A DNA stretch of 64,000 nucleotides, from the NCBI GenBank assembly GCA_017405765.1, contig JAFQZS010000001.1, positions 1,874 through 65,873 of the forward strand. Direction: 5' to 3'. Positions 55,152 to 64,000 of the stretch are shown here, piece after piece. The notes below the pieces were generated by a model. That model was not told the origin of the DNA. It did not search any database and was given only the letters and a program-made list of their open reading frames with translations. Position 1 is the first letter of the stretch, and each line of letters begins with the position of its first letter. The DNA comes from Clostridia bacterium (GTDB lineage: Bacteria > Bacillota > Clostridia > Oscillospirales > RGIG577). Position numbers and translations under genes: made by a program.

Positions 55152-55550
55152 TTACCAAATAAACGCTAAAACTTCGCCGCCGACGTTCTGCTTTCTTGCT
55201 TCCTTGTCGGTCATAATGCCCTTCGACGTAGAGATTATCGCAATGCCGAGTCCCTTCAGTACTCTGGGGAGCTCGTCGCAGCTTGCATAAACTCTGAGGC
55301 CGGGCTTCGATATACGCTTGAGACCCGTTAAGGAGTTTACCTTGCCGGGGCCGTATTTCAGCGTGATTCTGATAACGCCCTGCTTGTCGTCGTTGATTAT
55401 CTGAAAGTTCTTGATATAACCTTCGTCGAGAAGTATCTGCGCAATGGCCTTCTTCATGTTTGACGCAGGTATATCGACACTGTCATGCTTTGCCTTCGAT
55501 GCATTTCTTATGCGCGTAAGCATATCCGCGATCGGATCAGTCAAATACAT
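55152..55550 (-). CDS. rpsH: 30S ribosomal protein S8
   Basis: '[13 protein letters not shown]'. Confidence 0.95.
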   Translation of the reverse strand: MYLTDPIADMLTRIRNASKAKHDSVDIPASNMKKAIAQILLDEGYIKNFQIINDDKQGVIRITLKYGPGKVNSLTGLKRISKPGLRVYASCDELPRVLKGLGIAIISTSKGIMTDKEARKQNVGGEVLAFIW

Positions 55551-55583
55551 TCTTTCACTACCTCCTTCTCATTTCCAAGGTAA

Positions 55584-55769
55584 TTACCAGCTTGCCTTTT
55601 TTACGCCGGGAATATGTCCCTTGTAAGCAAGCTCTCTGAAGCAGATACGGCAAATACCGAATTTTCTTAAATAGCCGTGGGGACGGCCGCAGATCTTGCA
55701 TCTGTTATATGCTCTGGTGGAAAATTTAGGCTCCGCCTGCTGCTTTAAAACCATCGCTTTTTTAGCCAT
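55584..55769 (-). CDS. rpsZ: 30S ribosomal protein S14 type Z (zinc form)
   Basis: 61 aa. '[23 protein letters not shown]'. Confidence 0.95.
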   Translation of the reverse strand: MAKKAMVLKQQAEPKFSTRAYNRCKICGRPHGYLRKFGICRICFRELAYKGHIPGVKKASW

Positions 55770-55784
55770 TATTTACCTCCTAAT

Positions 55785-56327
55785 TTAAGCGCGTACGAAC
55801 GGAGCGCCAAGAAGCGACAACAGTTCGCGGGCCTCTTCATCGGTTTTTGCCGTCGTAACGAATATGATATCCATACCACGGATAGCATCGATCTTATCGT
55901 ACTCTATTTCGGGGAATATAAGCTGTTCCTTAATGCCGAGCGCATAGTTGCCGCGTCCGTCAAATGCGTTGGGGTTTATGCCTCTGAAGTCACGAACTCG
56001 CGGAAGCGCTACCGAAAAGAGCTTGTCAACGAATTCGTACATCTTCTCGGAACGTAAGGTGACCTTTGCGCCGATGTTCATGCCTTCTCTTAACTTGAAG
56101 GCTGCAACCGACTTCTTAGCCTTGGTTATAACCGCCTTCTGACCCGTTATGTTAGCGAGGTCCGAAAGCGCGCCTTCCAATGCCTTCTGGTTATCCTTTG
56201 CTTCGCCTAATCCTATGTTTATAACGACCTTGTCGAGCTTCGGTATCTGCATGGGACTCTTATATTCAAACTTCTTCATAAGCGCCGGAGCTGCTTCATT
56301 TGTATATTTTTCTTTTAAACGAGACAT
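55785..56327 (-). CDS. rplE: 50S ribosomal protein L5
   Basis: 'MSRLKEKY' and '[28 protein letters not shown]'. Confidence 0.95.
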   Translation of the reverse strand: MSRLKEKYTNEAAPALMKKFEYKSPMQIPKLDKVVINIGLGEAKDNQKALEGALSDLANITGQKAVITKAKKSVAAFKLREGMNIGAKVTLRSEKMYEFVDKLFSVALPRVRDFRGINPNAFDGRGNYALGIKEQLIFPEIEYDKIDAIRGMDIIFVTTAKTDEEARELLSLLGAPFVRA

Positions 56328-56347
56328 TTCATATCCTCCTTTCGCGC

Positions 56348-56668
56348 TTACAGGGTCTCGCCGCAGTGCTTGCAGACGCGGACCTTTTTGCCGTTCTCTA
56401 AGAACTTGTGGCCAAGGCGGGTCGGCTTATTGCACTTGGGGCAGATGTTTATGACCTTACTTGCGTAGAGCGGGATCTCCTTCTTTATTATGCCTCCGCG
56501 CTCTCCCTGACGCTTGGGGCGAACATGAGTAGTTGCAACGTTTATACCGTCTACAACAACTTTTCTGTCAGCGGGGATAACTCTCAAGACCTTGCCGGTC
56601 TTGCCCTTATCCTTGCCGGAAAGTATCTTTACGGTGTCGCCTTTTTTAACGTGTACTTTATTATTCAC
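56348..56668 (-). CDS. rplX: 50S ribosomal protein L24 (with Cys4 zinc-ribbon-like C-terminus)
   Basis: '[22 protein letters not shown]' KOW segment. C-terminus '[28 protein letters not shown]'. Confidence 0.93.
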   Translation of the reverse strand: MNNKVHVKKGDTVKILSGKDKGKTGKVLRVIPADRKVVVDGINVATTHVRPKRQGERGGIIKKEIPLYASKVINICPKCNKPTRLGHKFLENGKKVRVCKHCGETL

Positions 56669-56682
56669 TTCCTGGCACCTCC

Positions 56683-57051
56683 TTAAAGTACTTCCGGAGC
56701 AAGCGAAAGGATCTTAATGTATTCCTTATCGCGGAGCTCTCTTGCAACAGGGCCGAATATACGGGTTCCCCTGGGGTTTTTGTCTTCTTTGATTATTACG
56801 GCTGCATTATCGTCAAATCTGATATATGTTCCGTCTGCACGTCTCAAGCCCTTAGCCGAACGAACTATTACGCACCTAACAACATCGCCTTTTTTAACCA
56901 TGCCGCCGGGAGCAGCTTTCTTAACAGAAGCCACTATTACGTCTCCGATGTTAGCGTACTTTCTCTTCGAGCCGCCGAGGACCTTAATGCACATGATTTC
57001 CTTCGCGCCGGTATTATCGGCTACTCTCAAAAATGATTGTGCCTGAATCAA
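56683..57051 (-). CDS. rplN: 50S ribosomal protein L14
   Basis: '[28 protein letters not shown]'. Confidence 0.95.
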   Translation of the reverse strand: MIQAQSFLRVADNTGAKEIMCIKVLGGSKRKYANIGDVIVASVKKAAPGGMVKKGDVVRCVIVRSAKGLRRADGTYIRFDDNAAVIIKEDKNPRGTRIFGPVARELRDKEYIKILSLAPEVL

Positions 57052-57127
57052 GGTGCTTTCCTCCTTCTTTGTTGAACTTCGAAAACGGATTATATGTGCT
57101 AAACATATGTCCGCATTCTTAAAGCGA

Positions 57128-57382
57128 TTATTTTGCTTTTTCTATGATTTCCACAAGACGCCATCTCTTGTCCTTAGAAAGCGGTCTTGTTTCCATTACT
57201 TTGATCTTGTCGCCGATACGGCACTCGTTGTTTTCATCATGTGCCTTAAGCTTGTAGGTGCGCTTTACTATCTTCTTGTAAAGCGGATGCTTAACGCTGT
57301 CCACGATGGCAACTACAACGGTCTTATCCATCTTGTCGCTTACTACCATACCGACTCTGGTTTTTCTATTGCCTCTTTCCAT
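57128..57382 (-). CDS. rpsQ: 30S ribosomal protein S17
   Basis: '[21 protein letters not shown]' and '[15 protein letters not shown]'. Confidence 0.95.
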   Translation of the reverse strand: MERGNRKTRVGMVVSDKMDKTVVVAIVDSVKHPLYKKIVKRTYKLKAHDENNECRIGDKIKVMETRPLSKDKRWRLVEIIEKAK

Positions 57383-57396
57383 AGCTGTCCTCCCGA

Positions 57397-57591
57397 TTAA
57401 GCATTAAGCTCTTTTTGACGAAGGATCGTCTTGCACCTTGCGATATCCTTCTTAACGTGAACTATCTTCATGGGGTTGTCAAGCTGATTCGTGGCATGCT
57501 GGAATCTTAAGTTGAAAAGCTCGCTTTTAAGCTCGGTGATCTTTTCATTAAGCTCCACAGCCGTCATCTCTCTGATTTCCTGAGCTCTCAT
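57397..57591 (-). CDS. rpmC: 50S ribosomal protein L29
   Basis: '[28 protein letters not shown]'. Confidence 0.93.
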   Translation of the reverse strand: MRAQEIREMTAVELNEKITELKSELFNLRFQHATNQLDNPMKIVHVKKDIARCKTILRQKELNA

Positions 57592-57593
57592 TC

Positions 57594-58022
57594 TTATTCA
57601 ACCTCCGTTTCCGCAGTCTCTTTCTTGACAAATTTACATTTGAGCGGCAGCTTGTGGCTTGCAAGTCTTAATGCCTCGCGAGCAACTTCCTCGCTCACTC
57701 CGCCAATCTCGAACATAACTCTGCCGGGCTTAACGACTGCAACCCAATACTCGGGCGAACCCTTACCGGAACCCATTCGAGTCTCGGCAGGCTTCTCGGT
57801 CACCGGCTTGTCGGGGAATATCTTTATCCAAACCTGACCGCCTCTCTTTATATAACGGGTCATGGCAATACGGGCAGCCTCTATCTGGTTCGACGTTACC
57901 CATGCCGGCTCCGTAGCCTGAATACCGTAATCTCCGTATACGACCTTGTTGCCTCTTAAAGCCTTGCCCTTCATGCGGCCTCTGTGTACTCTTCTGTATT
58001 TAACTCTCTTAGGCATTAACAT
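57594..58022 (-). CDS. rplP: 50S ribosomal protein L16
   Basis: '[19 protein letters not shown]'. Confidence 0.95.
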   Translation of the reverse strand: MLMPKRVKYRRVHRGRMKGKALRGNKVVYGDYGIQATEPAWVTSNQIEAARIAMTRYIKRGGQVWIKIFPDKPVTEKPAETRMGSGKGSPEYWVAVVKPGRVMFEIGGVSEEVAREALRLASHKLPLKCKFVKKETAETEVE

Positions 58023-58822
58023 CAGCGAGCATCTCCCTTCTGGAAGTTATTGCGTCTGTCTCCGTCGCGTCTGTCGTGTCCGTCGCGGCGATCGCGTCTG
58101 TCACGTCTGTCGCGTCTGTCGCGTCTCTCCTGAGGCGGAAGCGCGGGCTCGGGACGAACGTCGGTGCGCTTGGAATCGGGAAGTACTTCGCCCTTGTATA
58201 TCCAAACCTTTATGCCAAGCTTACCATAGGTGGTGTTTGCCTCGGCAAAGCCGTAATCGATGTCGGCGCGCAGCGTCTGCAGCGGTATCGAGCCCTCATG
58301 ATAGTGCTCGCTTCTCGCTATCTCGGCGCCGCCGAGTCTGCCCGATGCAGCAGTCTTTATGCCCTTAACGCCCATCTTCATGGCGCGCTCTATGGCCTGC
58401 TTCATCGCACGTCTGAAACCTACTCTGCGCTCAAGCGCTGATGCGATGCTCTCGGCAACGAGCTGTGCGTTCGTTTCGGGACGCTTTATCTCAACGATAT
58501 TTATCGAAACCTGCTTGCCAAGCATCTTTTCAAGGTTGGCCTTGAGCTTTTCTATCTCTGCGCCCTGACGGCCGATAACTATACCCGGCTTTGCGCAGTG
58601 AATGTTTATCTTAACTCTTGCAGAAGCTGCGTCAGCGCCTGCCTGACGCTCTATAGCGATCTTTGCAACTCCTGCAGCGTACAGAAGCTCTTTTAAATAT
58701 TTTCTTAAATTGTAGTCTTCAACGAGCGTGTCTCCGAAGTCTTTCTTATTTGCATACCACTTGGAGTCCCAGTCGTTAATAACGCCTACTCTGAAGCCTA
58801 CGGGGTTAACTTTCTGACCCAT
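58022..58822 (-). CDS. rpsC: 30S ribosomal protein S3 with an Arg/Asp-repeat C-terminal extension
   Basis: '[24 protein letters not shown]'. Tail '...[38 protein letters not shown]'. Confidence 0.95.
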   Translation of the reverse strand: MGQKVNPVGFRVGVINDWDSKWYANKKDFGDTLVEDYNLRKYLKELLYAAGVAKIAIERQAGADAASARVKINIHCAKPGIVIGRQGAEIEKLKANLEKMLGKQVSINIVEIKRPETNAQLVAESIASALERRVGFRRAMKQAIERAMKMGVKGIKTAASGRLGGAEIARSEHYHEGSIPLQTLRADIDYGFAEANTTYGKLGIKVWIYKGEVLPDSKRTDVRPEPALPPQERRDRRDRRDRRDRRDGHDRRDGDRRNNFQKGDAR

Positions 58823-58841
58823 GGTCTACCTCCTTTTCTTA

Positions 58842-59177
58842 TTACTCTTTCTCACGCAGTGTGATGGTGATGTGGGACGTGCGCTTGTTTATTCTGTATG
58901 CGCGGCCCTGTGCTCTCGGCATAACGCGCTTTAACGTCGGGCCGGGATTTGCAAAAATCTCGGCTACGTAAAGCTTTGAAACATCCATCGAATGGTTGTT
59001 CTCGGCGTTTGCCATAGCGCTCTTTAAAAGCTTAATAAGCGGCTCTCTTGCTATACGCTTTGAAAGCGTTAAAATCGTCATGGCCTCCCCCACCGGCTTG
59101 TTGCGGATGAGATCGGCTACTGCCTTAACTTTTCTGGGAGACATACGAATATATCTTGCATGTGCTCTCGCTTCCAT
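58842..59177 (-). CDS. rplV: 50S ribosomal protein L22
   Basis: 'ARYIRMSPRKVKAVADLIRNKPV'. Confidence 0.95.
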   Translation of the reverse strand: MEARAHARYIRMSPRKVKAVADLIRNKPVGEAMTILTLSKRIAREPLIKLLKSAMANAENNHSMDVSKLYVAEIFANPGPTLKRVMPRAQGRAYRINKRTSHITITLREKE

Positions 59178-59210
59178 GAAAATTTCCTCCTCTCGTAACA
59201 GATCCGGTGA

Positions 59211-59492
59211 TTATTTGCCGTTATTTGAAGTTCTCGAGCCGGCATGACCGCGGTAAGTTCTCGTCGGTGCGAACTCGCCGAGCTTGTGGCCTACCATATC
59301 CTCGGTAACGTATACGGGAACGTGCTTTCTTCCGTCATGTACCGCAATCGTATGACCTACGAAATCAGGGAATATAGTAGAGGCTCTCGACCAGGTCTTT
59401 AAAATTTTCTTATCGCCGCTTTCGTTCATCTCTTTTATGCGCTTTAACAGCACTTCCTGAACGTAGGGGCCTTTTTTAGTACTTCTGCTCAC
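59211..59492 (-). CDS. rpsS: 30S ribosomal protein S19
   Basis: '[11 protein letters not shown]' and '[29 protein letters not shown]'. Confidence 0.95.
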   Translation of the reverse strand: MSRSTKKGPYVQEVLLKRIKEMNESGDKKILKTWSRASTIFPDFVGHTIAVHDGRKHVPVYVTEDMVGHKLGEFAPTRTYRGHAGSRTSNNGK

Positions 59493-59505
59493 CAGCTTAT
59501 CCTCC

Positions 59506-60339
59506 TTACTTCGAATGTCTCGATTTAACGATCATCTTATTGCTCTTAGCCTTCTTGTTGCGCGTCTTATAACCGAGCGCAGGCTTGCCCCACGGAGTGA
59601 CCGGGCTGGGACGTCCTATCGGGGACTTGCCCTCACCGCCGCCGTGCGGATGGTCGTTCGGGTTCATAACTACGCCGCGCACCGTAGGACGTATGCCTCT
59701 GTGACGCGTGCGGCCGGCCTTGCCGAGGTTCACGTTCTCCTGGTCTATATTGGAGACCTGCCCTATCGTAGCCTTGCATTCGATTCTTATATAGCGAACC
59801 TCGCCCGAAGGAAGTCTGACCTGAGCGAGCTTGCCCTCTTTAGCCATGAGCTGCGCCATGTTGCCGGCTGCGCGCACGAGCTGAGCGCCCTTACCGGGGT
59901 GAAGCTCTATATTGTGGATGAACGTACCTACCGGTATGTTCGCGATGGGCAGCGTGTTGCCCGTCTTTATGTCCGCATGCTCGGAGCTTAATATCGTGTC
60001 GCCAACTTCAAGACCGTGGGGAGCGATTATATATCTCTTTTCGCCGTCCTCGTATTCGATGAGCGCGATGAACGCCGTTCTGTTGGGATCGTACTCGATC
60101 GTGAGCACCTTAGCGGGCATATCAAGCTTGTTGCGCTTGAAATCTATTATTCTGTACTTCTTTCTGTTGCCGCCGCCGCGATGACGAACAGTGATTCTGC
60201 CGTAAGAGTTTCTGCCGGCATTTTTCTTTATGGTATCCAAAAGGCTCTTTTCCGGTTTAACCTTGGACAATCCGTCGTAGTTCGTGACAGTCATGCCGCG
60301 TCTGCCGGGCGTCGTCGGGTTGTACTTTTTGATTGCCAT
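59506..60339 (-). CDS. rplB: 50S ribosomal protein L2
   Basis: '[14 protein letters not shown]' and '[14 protein letters not shown]'. Confidence 0.95.
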   Translation of the reverse strand: MAIKKYNPTTPGRRGMTVTNYDGLSKVKPEKSLLDTIKKNAGRNSYGRITVRHRGGGNRKKYRIIDFKRNKLDMPAKVLTIEYDPNRTAFIALIEYEDGEKRYIIAPHGLEVGDTILSSEHADIKTGNTLPIANIPVGTFIHNIELHPGKGAQLVRAAGNMAQLMAKEGKLAQVRLPSGEVRYIRIECKATIGQVSNIDQENVNLGKAGRTRHRGIRPTVRGVVMNPNDHPHGGGEGKSPIGRPSPVTPWGKPALGYKTRNKKAKSNKMIVKSRHSK

Positions 60340-60378
60340 ATCGTGTCTCTCCTTCTTTCAATACTTAAACTTTGGGGC

Positions 60379-60672
60379 TTACATCATGCTCTCGAAGAAT
60401 TCGATGGGCTTCGAGTTTTCGGTAAGCTTTACGATGGCCTTTTTTCTGTCCGGGCGATAGCCGACGAAACGGCCCTGTCTCTTCTCTTTGCCCCAAACCT
60501 TAATGGTATTGACGTCCTTGACCGTTACGCCGAACACCGTTTCAACGGCTTTTTTTATCTCGACCTTGTTGGCGTTTACGTCAACGTAGAAAGTATATTT
60601 CTTATCGGCAATACCCATCATGGACTCCTCGGAGATTACGGGCTTAATGATTACATCGTATACGTTTTTCAT
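60379..60672 (-). CDS. rplW: 50S ribosomal protein L23
   Basis: '[14 protein letters not shown]' and '[17 protein letters not shown]'. Confidence 0.93.
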   Translation of the reverse strand: MKNVYDVIIKPVISEESMMGIADKKYTFYVDVNANKVEIKKAVETVFGVTVKDVNTIKVWGKEKRQGRFVGYRPDRKKAIVKLTENSKPIEFFESMM

Positions 60673-61295
60673 TATGCGTACACCTCCTCAAGTTTTGCAA
60701 GCGCCGCTTTCGTAAGTATAAGCTTGTTGTGAAGCAGCACGCTGTAAGTGTTTATGTTGGAAGCCATGCTCGTGGAAACGCCGGGGATGTTCTTTGCCGA
60801 ACGAACGAGCTTGTCGTTTGTTCCATCGGTAACGATGAGCGCCTTCTTGTCAACTCCGAAAGCCTTGAGCATTGCAACAACGCTCTTAGTCTTGTATTCC
60901 TCCAGCGTGATATCGTCTATTACGATAACGTCGCCCGATGCGGCTCTCGACGAAAGCGCGCTGTAAAGCGCCGTCTTTCTCAATTTCTTGTTTACTCTGA
61001 AGCGATAGCTTCTCGGCTTGGGCGCGAATACCACGCCGCCGTGAGTCCACTGAGGAGCGCGGGTGGAACCCTGTCTTGCGCGGCCGGTGCCCTTCTGGCG
61101 CCACGGCTTCTTGCCGCCGCCGGCAACCTCGCCGCGGGTAAGAGCGCTCTGTGTGCCCTGACGCTGTGCAGCAAGGTAATTTCTTACCATCATGTGCATG
61201 GCGGGAACGTTTACTTCGGAGCCGAAAAGAAGTTCGTTTAATTCAACTTCACCTATTTGCTCCGCTTTCATATTATATAAAGCAACCTTAGGCAT
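60672..61295 (-). CDS. rplD: 50S ribosomal protein L4
   Basis: '[19 protein letters not shown]'. Confidence 0.95.
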   Translation of the reverse strand: MPKVALYNMKAEQIGEVELNELLFGSEVNVPAMHMMVRNYLAAQRQGTQSALTRGEVAGGGKKPWRQKGTGRARQGSTRAPQWTHGGVVFAPKPRSYRFRVNKKLRKTALYSALSSRAASGDVIVIDDITLEEYKTKSVVAMLKAFGVDKKALIVTDGTNDKLVRSAKNIPGVSTSMASNINTYSVLLHNKLILTKAALAKLEEVYA

Positions 61296-61324
61296 TAAAT
61301 TTTCCTCCTTCCCTTAATCTCGGC

Positions 61325-61963
61325 TCAGACACCGGCCTTGACGGAATTCTTAACATAAACAAGTCCGCCCTTAGGTCCGGGGATAGCGCCCTTGATAACA
61401 AGTATGTTGTTCTCGGCATCTACCTTTACTATGTCAAGGTTCTGAACAGTTACCTGCTCAGCGCCCATGTGTCCTGCCATCTTCTTGCCTTTGAAAATTC
61501 TGCTCGGGTCAGAGTTTGCGCCCACCGAACCTACCGAACGGTGAACGGGGCCCGTACCGTGCGTCGCACGGAGCTTTGCGTTGCCGTATCTCTTTACAAC
61601 GCCGGCATAGCCTTTACCTTTGGAAATGCCCGTTACGTCTACCTTGTCGCCTTCTGCGAAAACGTCGGCCTTTATAACGTCGCCCACGTTCATGTCGGCG
61701 GTGTTCTCAAGCCTGAATTCTTTTAAGTGACGCTTTAAAGGTGCGCCTGCCTTTGCGAAGTGACCCTTCTGGGGCTTGTTTGCCTTTCTCTCGGGGATGT
61801 CCTCGAAGCCGAGCTGTACGCTTTCGTAGCCGTCGTTTTCAAGGTCCTTCTTCTGTACTACCACGCAGGGACCCGCCGAAACCACGGTAACGGGGATCAC
61901 TCTGCCGTCCTCGGCAAAGAGCTGCGTCATGCCGATTTTCTTGCCGATAATTGCCTTTTTCAA
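61325..61963 (-). CDS. rplC: 50S ribosomal protein L3
   Basis: '[15 protein letters not shown]'. The start is taken at the TTG at 61963, 7 nt after GGAGGT. The ORF-track ATG at 62005 lacks an RBS. Confidence 0.93.
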   Translation of the reverse strand: MKKAIIGKKIGMTQLFAEDGRVIPVTVVSAGPCVVVQKKDLENDGYESVQLGFEDIPERKANKPQKGHFAKAGAPLKRHLKEFRLENTADMNVGDVIKADVFAEGDKVDVTGISKGKGYAGVVKRYGNAKLRATHGTGPVHRSVGSVGANSDPSRIFKGKKMAGHMGAEQVTVQNLDIVKVDAENNILVIKGAIPGPKGGLVYVKNSVKAGV

Positions 61964-62100
61964 TTTTCTTACCTCCGTATTAGTTATTGGTTGGCTTTTT
62001 GCCAACTTGACTTTGACCTGTCCGCTTTTTGTAAAAGCAGCATGTAAGCTTTATAAGGGGGATATCAGTCCTCTATCAGTCTAGAGCGTAACATCCGAAA

Positions 62101-62409
62101 TTAAAGCTTTATGTCTATTTCTACGCCTGCGGGAAGGTCGAGGCTCATAAGCGCTTCAACGGTCTTTGCCGTCGGCTTTATGATATCGATAAGTCTTTTG
62201 TGGGTTCTAAGCTCGAACTGCTCGCGCGAATCCTTGTACTTGTGTACTGCGCGAAGGATCGTTATTATCTCCTTTTTAGTGGGGAGCGGCACGGGGCCCG
62301 AAATGCTTGCACCCGTTCTTTTTGCCGTTTCAACGATCTTTTCACAAGACTGGTCGATAAGCAAATGATCATACGCCTTGAGTCTTATTCTGATTTTTTC
62401 CTGTGCCAT
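62101..62409 (-). CDS. rpsJ: 30S ribosomal protein S10
   Basis: '[17 protein letters not shown]' and 'SGPVPLPT'. Confidence 0.95.
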   Translation of the reverse strand: MAQEKIRIRLKAYDHLLIDQSCEKIVETAKRTGASISGPVPLPTKKEIITILRAVHKYKDSREQFELRTHKRLIDIIKPTAKTVEALMSLDLPAGVEIDIKL

Positions 62410-62742
62410 TTTTTCCTCCTTGAAAATCGTACGTTTGTTTTGTTCGTACGACGGTAAAACTCACTGCACACTTATCCGGGTGTTTCTTCTTTTTACATAA
62501 ACAAACCGGAAATTTGCTCTCTGCCGCCTGCGTAAAACCGCAATTTCACACAAGGGCGCAAATATTCCGGGGAATGTTCGAAAAACGAATCGCCATACCA
62601 GCGGGCGCATATGCCCTTGGGCATAAGTCCATAATATGCACAGTAATTTTTACGTCGCCCGGTTTAAAATCGGACATACTCCGCGGAAATTTCCTGCCGC
62701 AAGGGCAGCTACCTCCCGCATCATCGCTTGTCATGCCTAATT

Positions 62743-62771
62743 AGTATACTATACGGTGCCTTAAAAAGCAA
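62743..62771 (-). promoter_or_regulatory. Possible promoter of the S10 operon
   Basis: On the minus strand: TTGCTT, 17 nt, TATACT. It would give a leader of about 330 nt before rpsJ. Confidence 0.3.
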
Positions 62772-62884
62772 GCCTTTTTTATGTAAAATTATAATTTTAT
62801 TTTACAAAATTATTCTCAAAAAAGGCCTGTTTTTAATATATTCTCACAAAACATCTTTTCATTGCCTCGTCTGACGTGATATAA

Positions 62885-63094
62885 TTATATCATATCACGA
62901 TATCCGTCTGTCAGGGACAAATCATCATACGTCTGCCAAATGCGGGCTTCGGCCTGACTTGCGGCTTCCTTTTCGGCGTTCTCCCTTGCCAGCTTGGGTA
63001 TAGTGTTGTTAGCAAGCAGGATAAGCAGTACTATTACTATTGCCCATATCCACCAATACTTTGGATTGGGACCTCTTCTTTTTCTCGGTCTCAT
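62885..63094 (-). CDS. Small single-pass membrane protein (hypothetical)
   Basis: RBS GGAAGGTGA. Basic N-terminus 'MRPRKRRGPNPK' followed by TM helix 'YWWIWAIVIVLLILLA'. Confidence 0.45.
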   Translation of the reverse strand: MRPRKRRGPNPKYWWIWAIVIVLLILLANNTIPKLARENAEKEAASQAEARIWQTYDDLSLTDGYRDMI

Positions 63095-63183
63095 GGTATC
63101 ACCTTCCGAAAAAGAAGTATATCATATCAAAACGGCGCTGTCCATTGCGTATTTTACTAATTTGGAATGAGAGGTATTATATA

Positions 63184-63939
63184 ATGAAGAAAGAATTCAT
63201 AAAAGGCAAAAACGGCTACGATATTCCCTGCCTTCACAACATTTCGGGAAGCGACAGACTTGTCGTAATAATCATACATGAGTTTCGCAGCTTGAAATAT
63301 ACTCCAACTACTGCCGCAATTATACCCGCACTTGAAAACGAAGGCATATCATCTATCTGCTTTGACTTTCCCGGTCATGATGAAAGCCCCGTTGACGGCG
63401 AAAAGTTTTTGATGGGCAACTGTCTCGACGACCTTGCATCGGTTGAAGAGCATGTGCGCGCGATTTCGCCGGATGCTGAGATAGCATATTTTGCGTCGAG
63501 CTTCGGCGCATATACGCTGCTTCTTCATTTTGCAATGAGAAAGCCTTTAGGCCGCCGCGCTTTTTTAAGATGCGCCGCAGTCGATATGGCAAAGGTTATC
63601 GAGAGAGCCGCCGCGCCGGATGCTTTTCGTACGCTTAATGAGCAGGGGTACGTCGTTTTGGATAAAGGGCCGCTTCGCCCGCTCAAAATGATGAAGCAGC
63701 TCTACGAGGAATTCAAAGAATACCGTCCCATAAATCTTCTTAAAAAAGGACAGGGCGACTTCGTTATGATCCATGGCGCAAAAGACAAAAACGTTCCGCT
63801 CGAGTGGGTCAGCGAATTTTCAAATGCACTCGACATACCCCTTATTATAATAGAAGATACAGACCATTTCATGTTCAAGCCTGCGTCCGCGATGATAACG
63901 GTAGTCGATGAGGCAGTGAAGTTTTTTAAGCGCAGCTAG
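63184..63939 (+). CDS. Alpha/beta-fold hydrolase
   Basis: 'VVIIIHEF', nucleophile elbow 'FASSFGAY', 'IHGAKDKNVP' and a late 'DTDHF'. The start is taken at the ATG at 63184, because the ORF-track start at 63040 overlaps the divergent small gene. Confidence 0.65.
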   Translation: MKKEFIKGKNGYDIPCLHNISGSDRLVVIIIHEFRSLKYTPTTAAIIPALENEGISSICFDFPGHDESPVDGEKFLMGNCLDDLASVEEHVRAISPDAEIAYFASSFGAYTLLLHFAMRKPLGRRAFLRCAAVDMAKVIERAAAPDAFRTLNEQGYVVLDKGPLRPLKMMKQLYEEFKEYRPINLLKKGQGDFVMIHGAKDKNVPLEWVSEFSNALDIPLIIIEDTDHFMFKPASAMITVVDEAVKFFKRS

Positions 63940-63960
63940 TAAAAGGAAGAGGCTATTCAT

Positions 63961-64000
63961 ATGAAAAAGGCTCCCGAAGATATCAGGCAAGACAGCCGTT
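63961..64000 (+). CDS. 5' end of an unidentified CDS running off the window
   Basis: ATG behind AGGAAGAGG. Only 13 codons are visible. Confidence 0.25.
   Translation, partial: MKKAPEDIRQDSR

Noticed and set aside
58060-58130. Short tandem DNA repeats here and at 43800..43890 that could superficially suggest a repeat array or CRISPR.
   Set aside because: The units are 6-9 nt with no spacers and lie in frame inside rpsC and the substrate-binding protein gene. They are codon repeats, not CRISPR.
62546-62734. A 62-aa minus-strand ORF with a 'CPCGRKF' motif in the S10 leader.
   Set aside because: It has no Shine-Dalgarno sequence before its ATG and no recognisable family. It is more likely non-coding leader RNA.
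63040-63183. The N-terminal 48 codons of the ORF-track hydrolase model.
   Set aside because: They overlap the divergent small membrane-protein gene and its RBS. A proper RBS and the start 'MKKEFIKG' occur at 63184.

Overview
This is a 64-kb chromosomal window from a spore-forming member of the Clostridia (Bacillota), with almost all genes on the minus strand. The right third (46.7-62.4 kb) is a complete S10-spc-alpha ribosomal supercluster running rpsJ to rplQ, including secY, adk, map, infA, rpmJ and rpoA. The middle carries conserved housekeeping and sporulation genes: an ABC importer, ttcA, an ispH-S1 fusion, rpmB, hprK, murB, a truncated rapZ, whiA, dnaE, pfkA, spoIVB and spo0A, plus cca, yabP, yabQ, divIC, yabR, trxB, hpf and yunB. 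Five things stand out. (i) At 16.0-26.6 kb there are seven tandem paralogous zinc-type MDR dehydrogenase genes. Most have their own promoter and terminator, and the array is interrupted only by an MFS transporter and a TspO gene. (ii) At 3.6-6.6 kb there is a short glycyl radical enzyme with divergent active-site motifs, next to its activase. (iii) At 0-3.7 kb there is accessory DNA: a two-gene split HipA-like kinase module, a pRiA4b-ORF3-like gene, and a 108-bp duplication of the activase 3' end bracketing a two-gene cassette. (iv) An SLH/trypsin-like protease gene is interrupted by a single in-frame TAG. (v) A stand-alone RapZ C-terminal domain gene is present, and yvcK is absent. I saw no rRNA, tRNA, CRISPR, transposase or integrase genes. 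All functional calls come from motif recognition by eye, with no database search.
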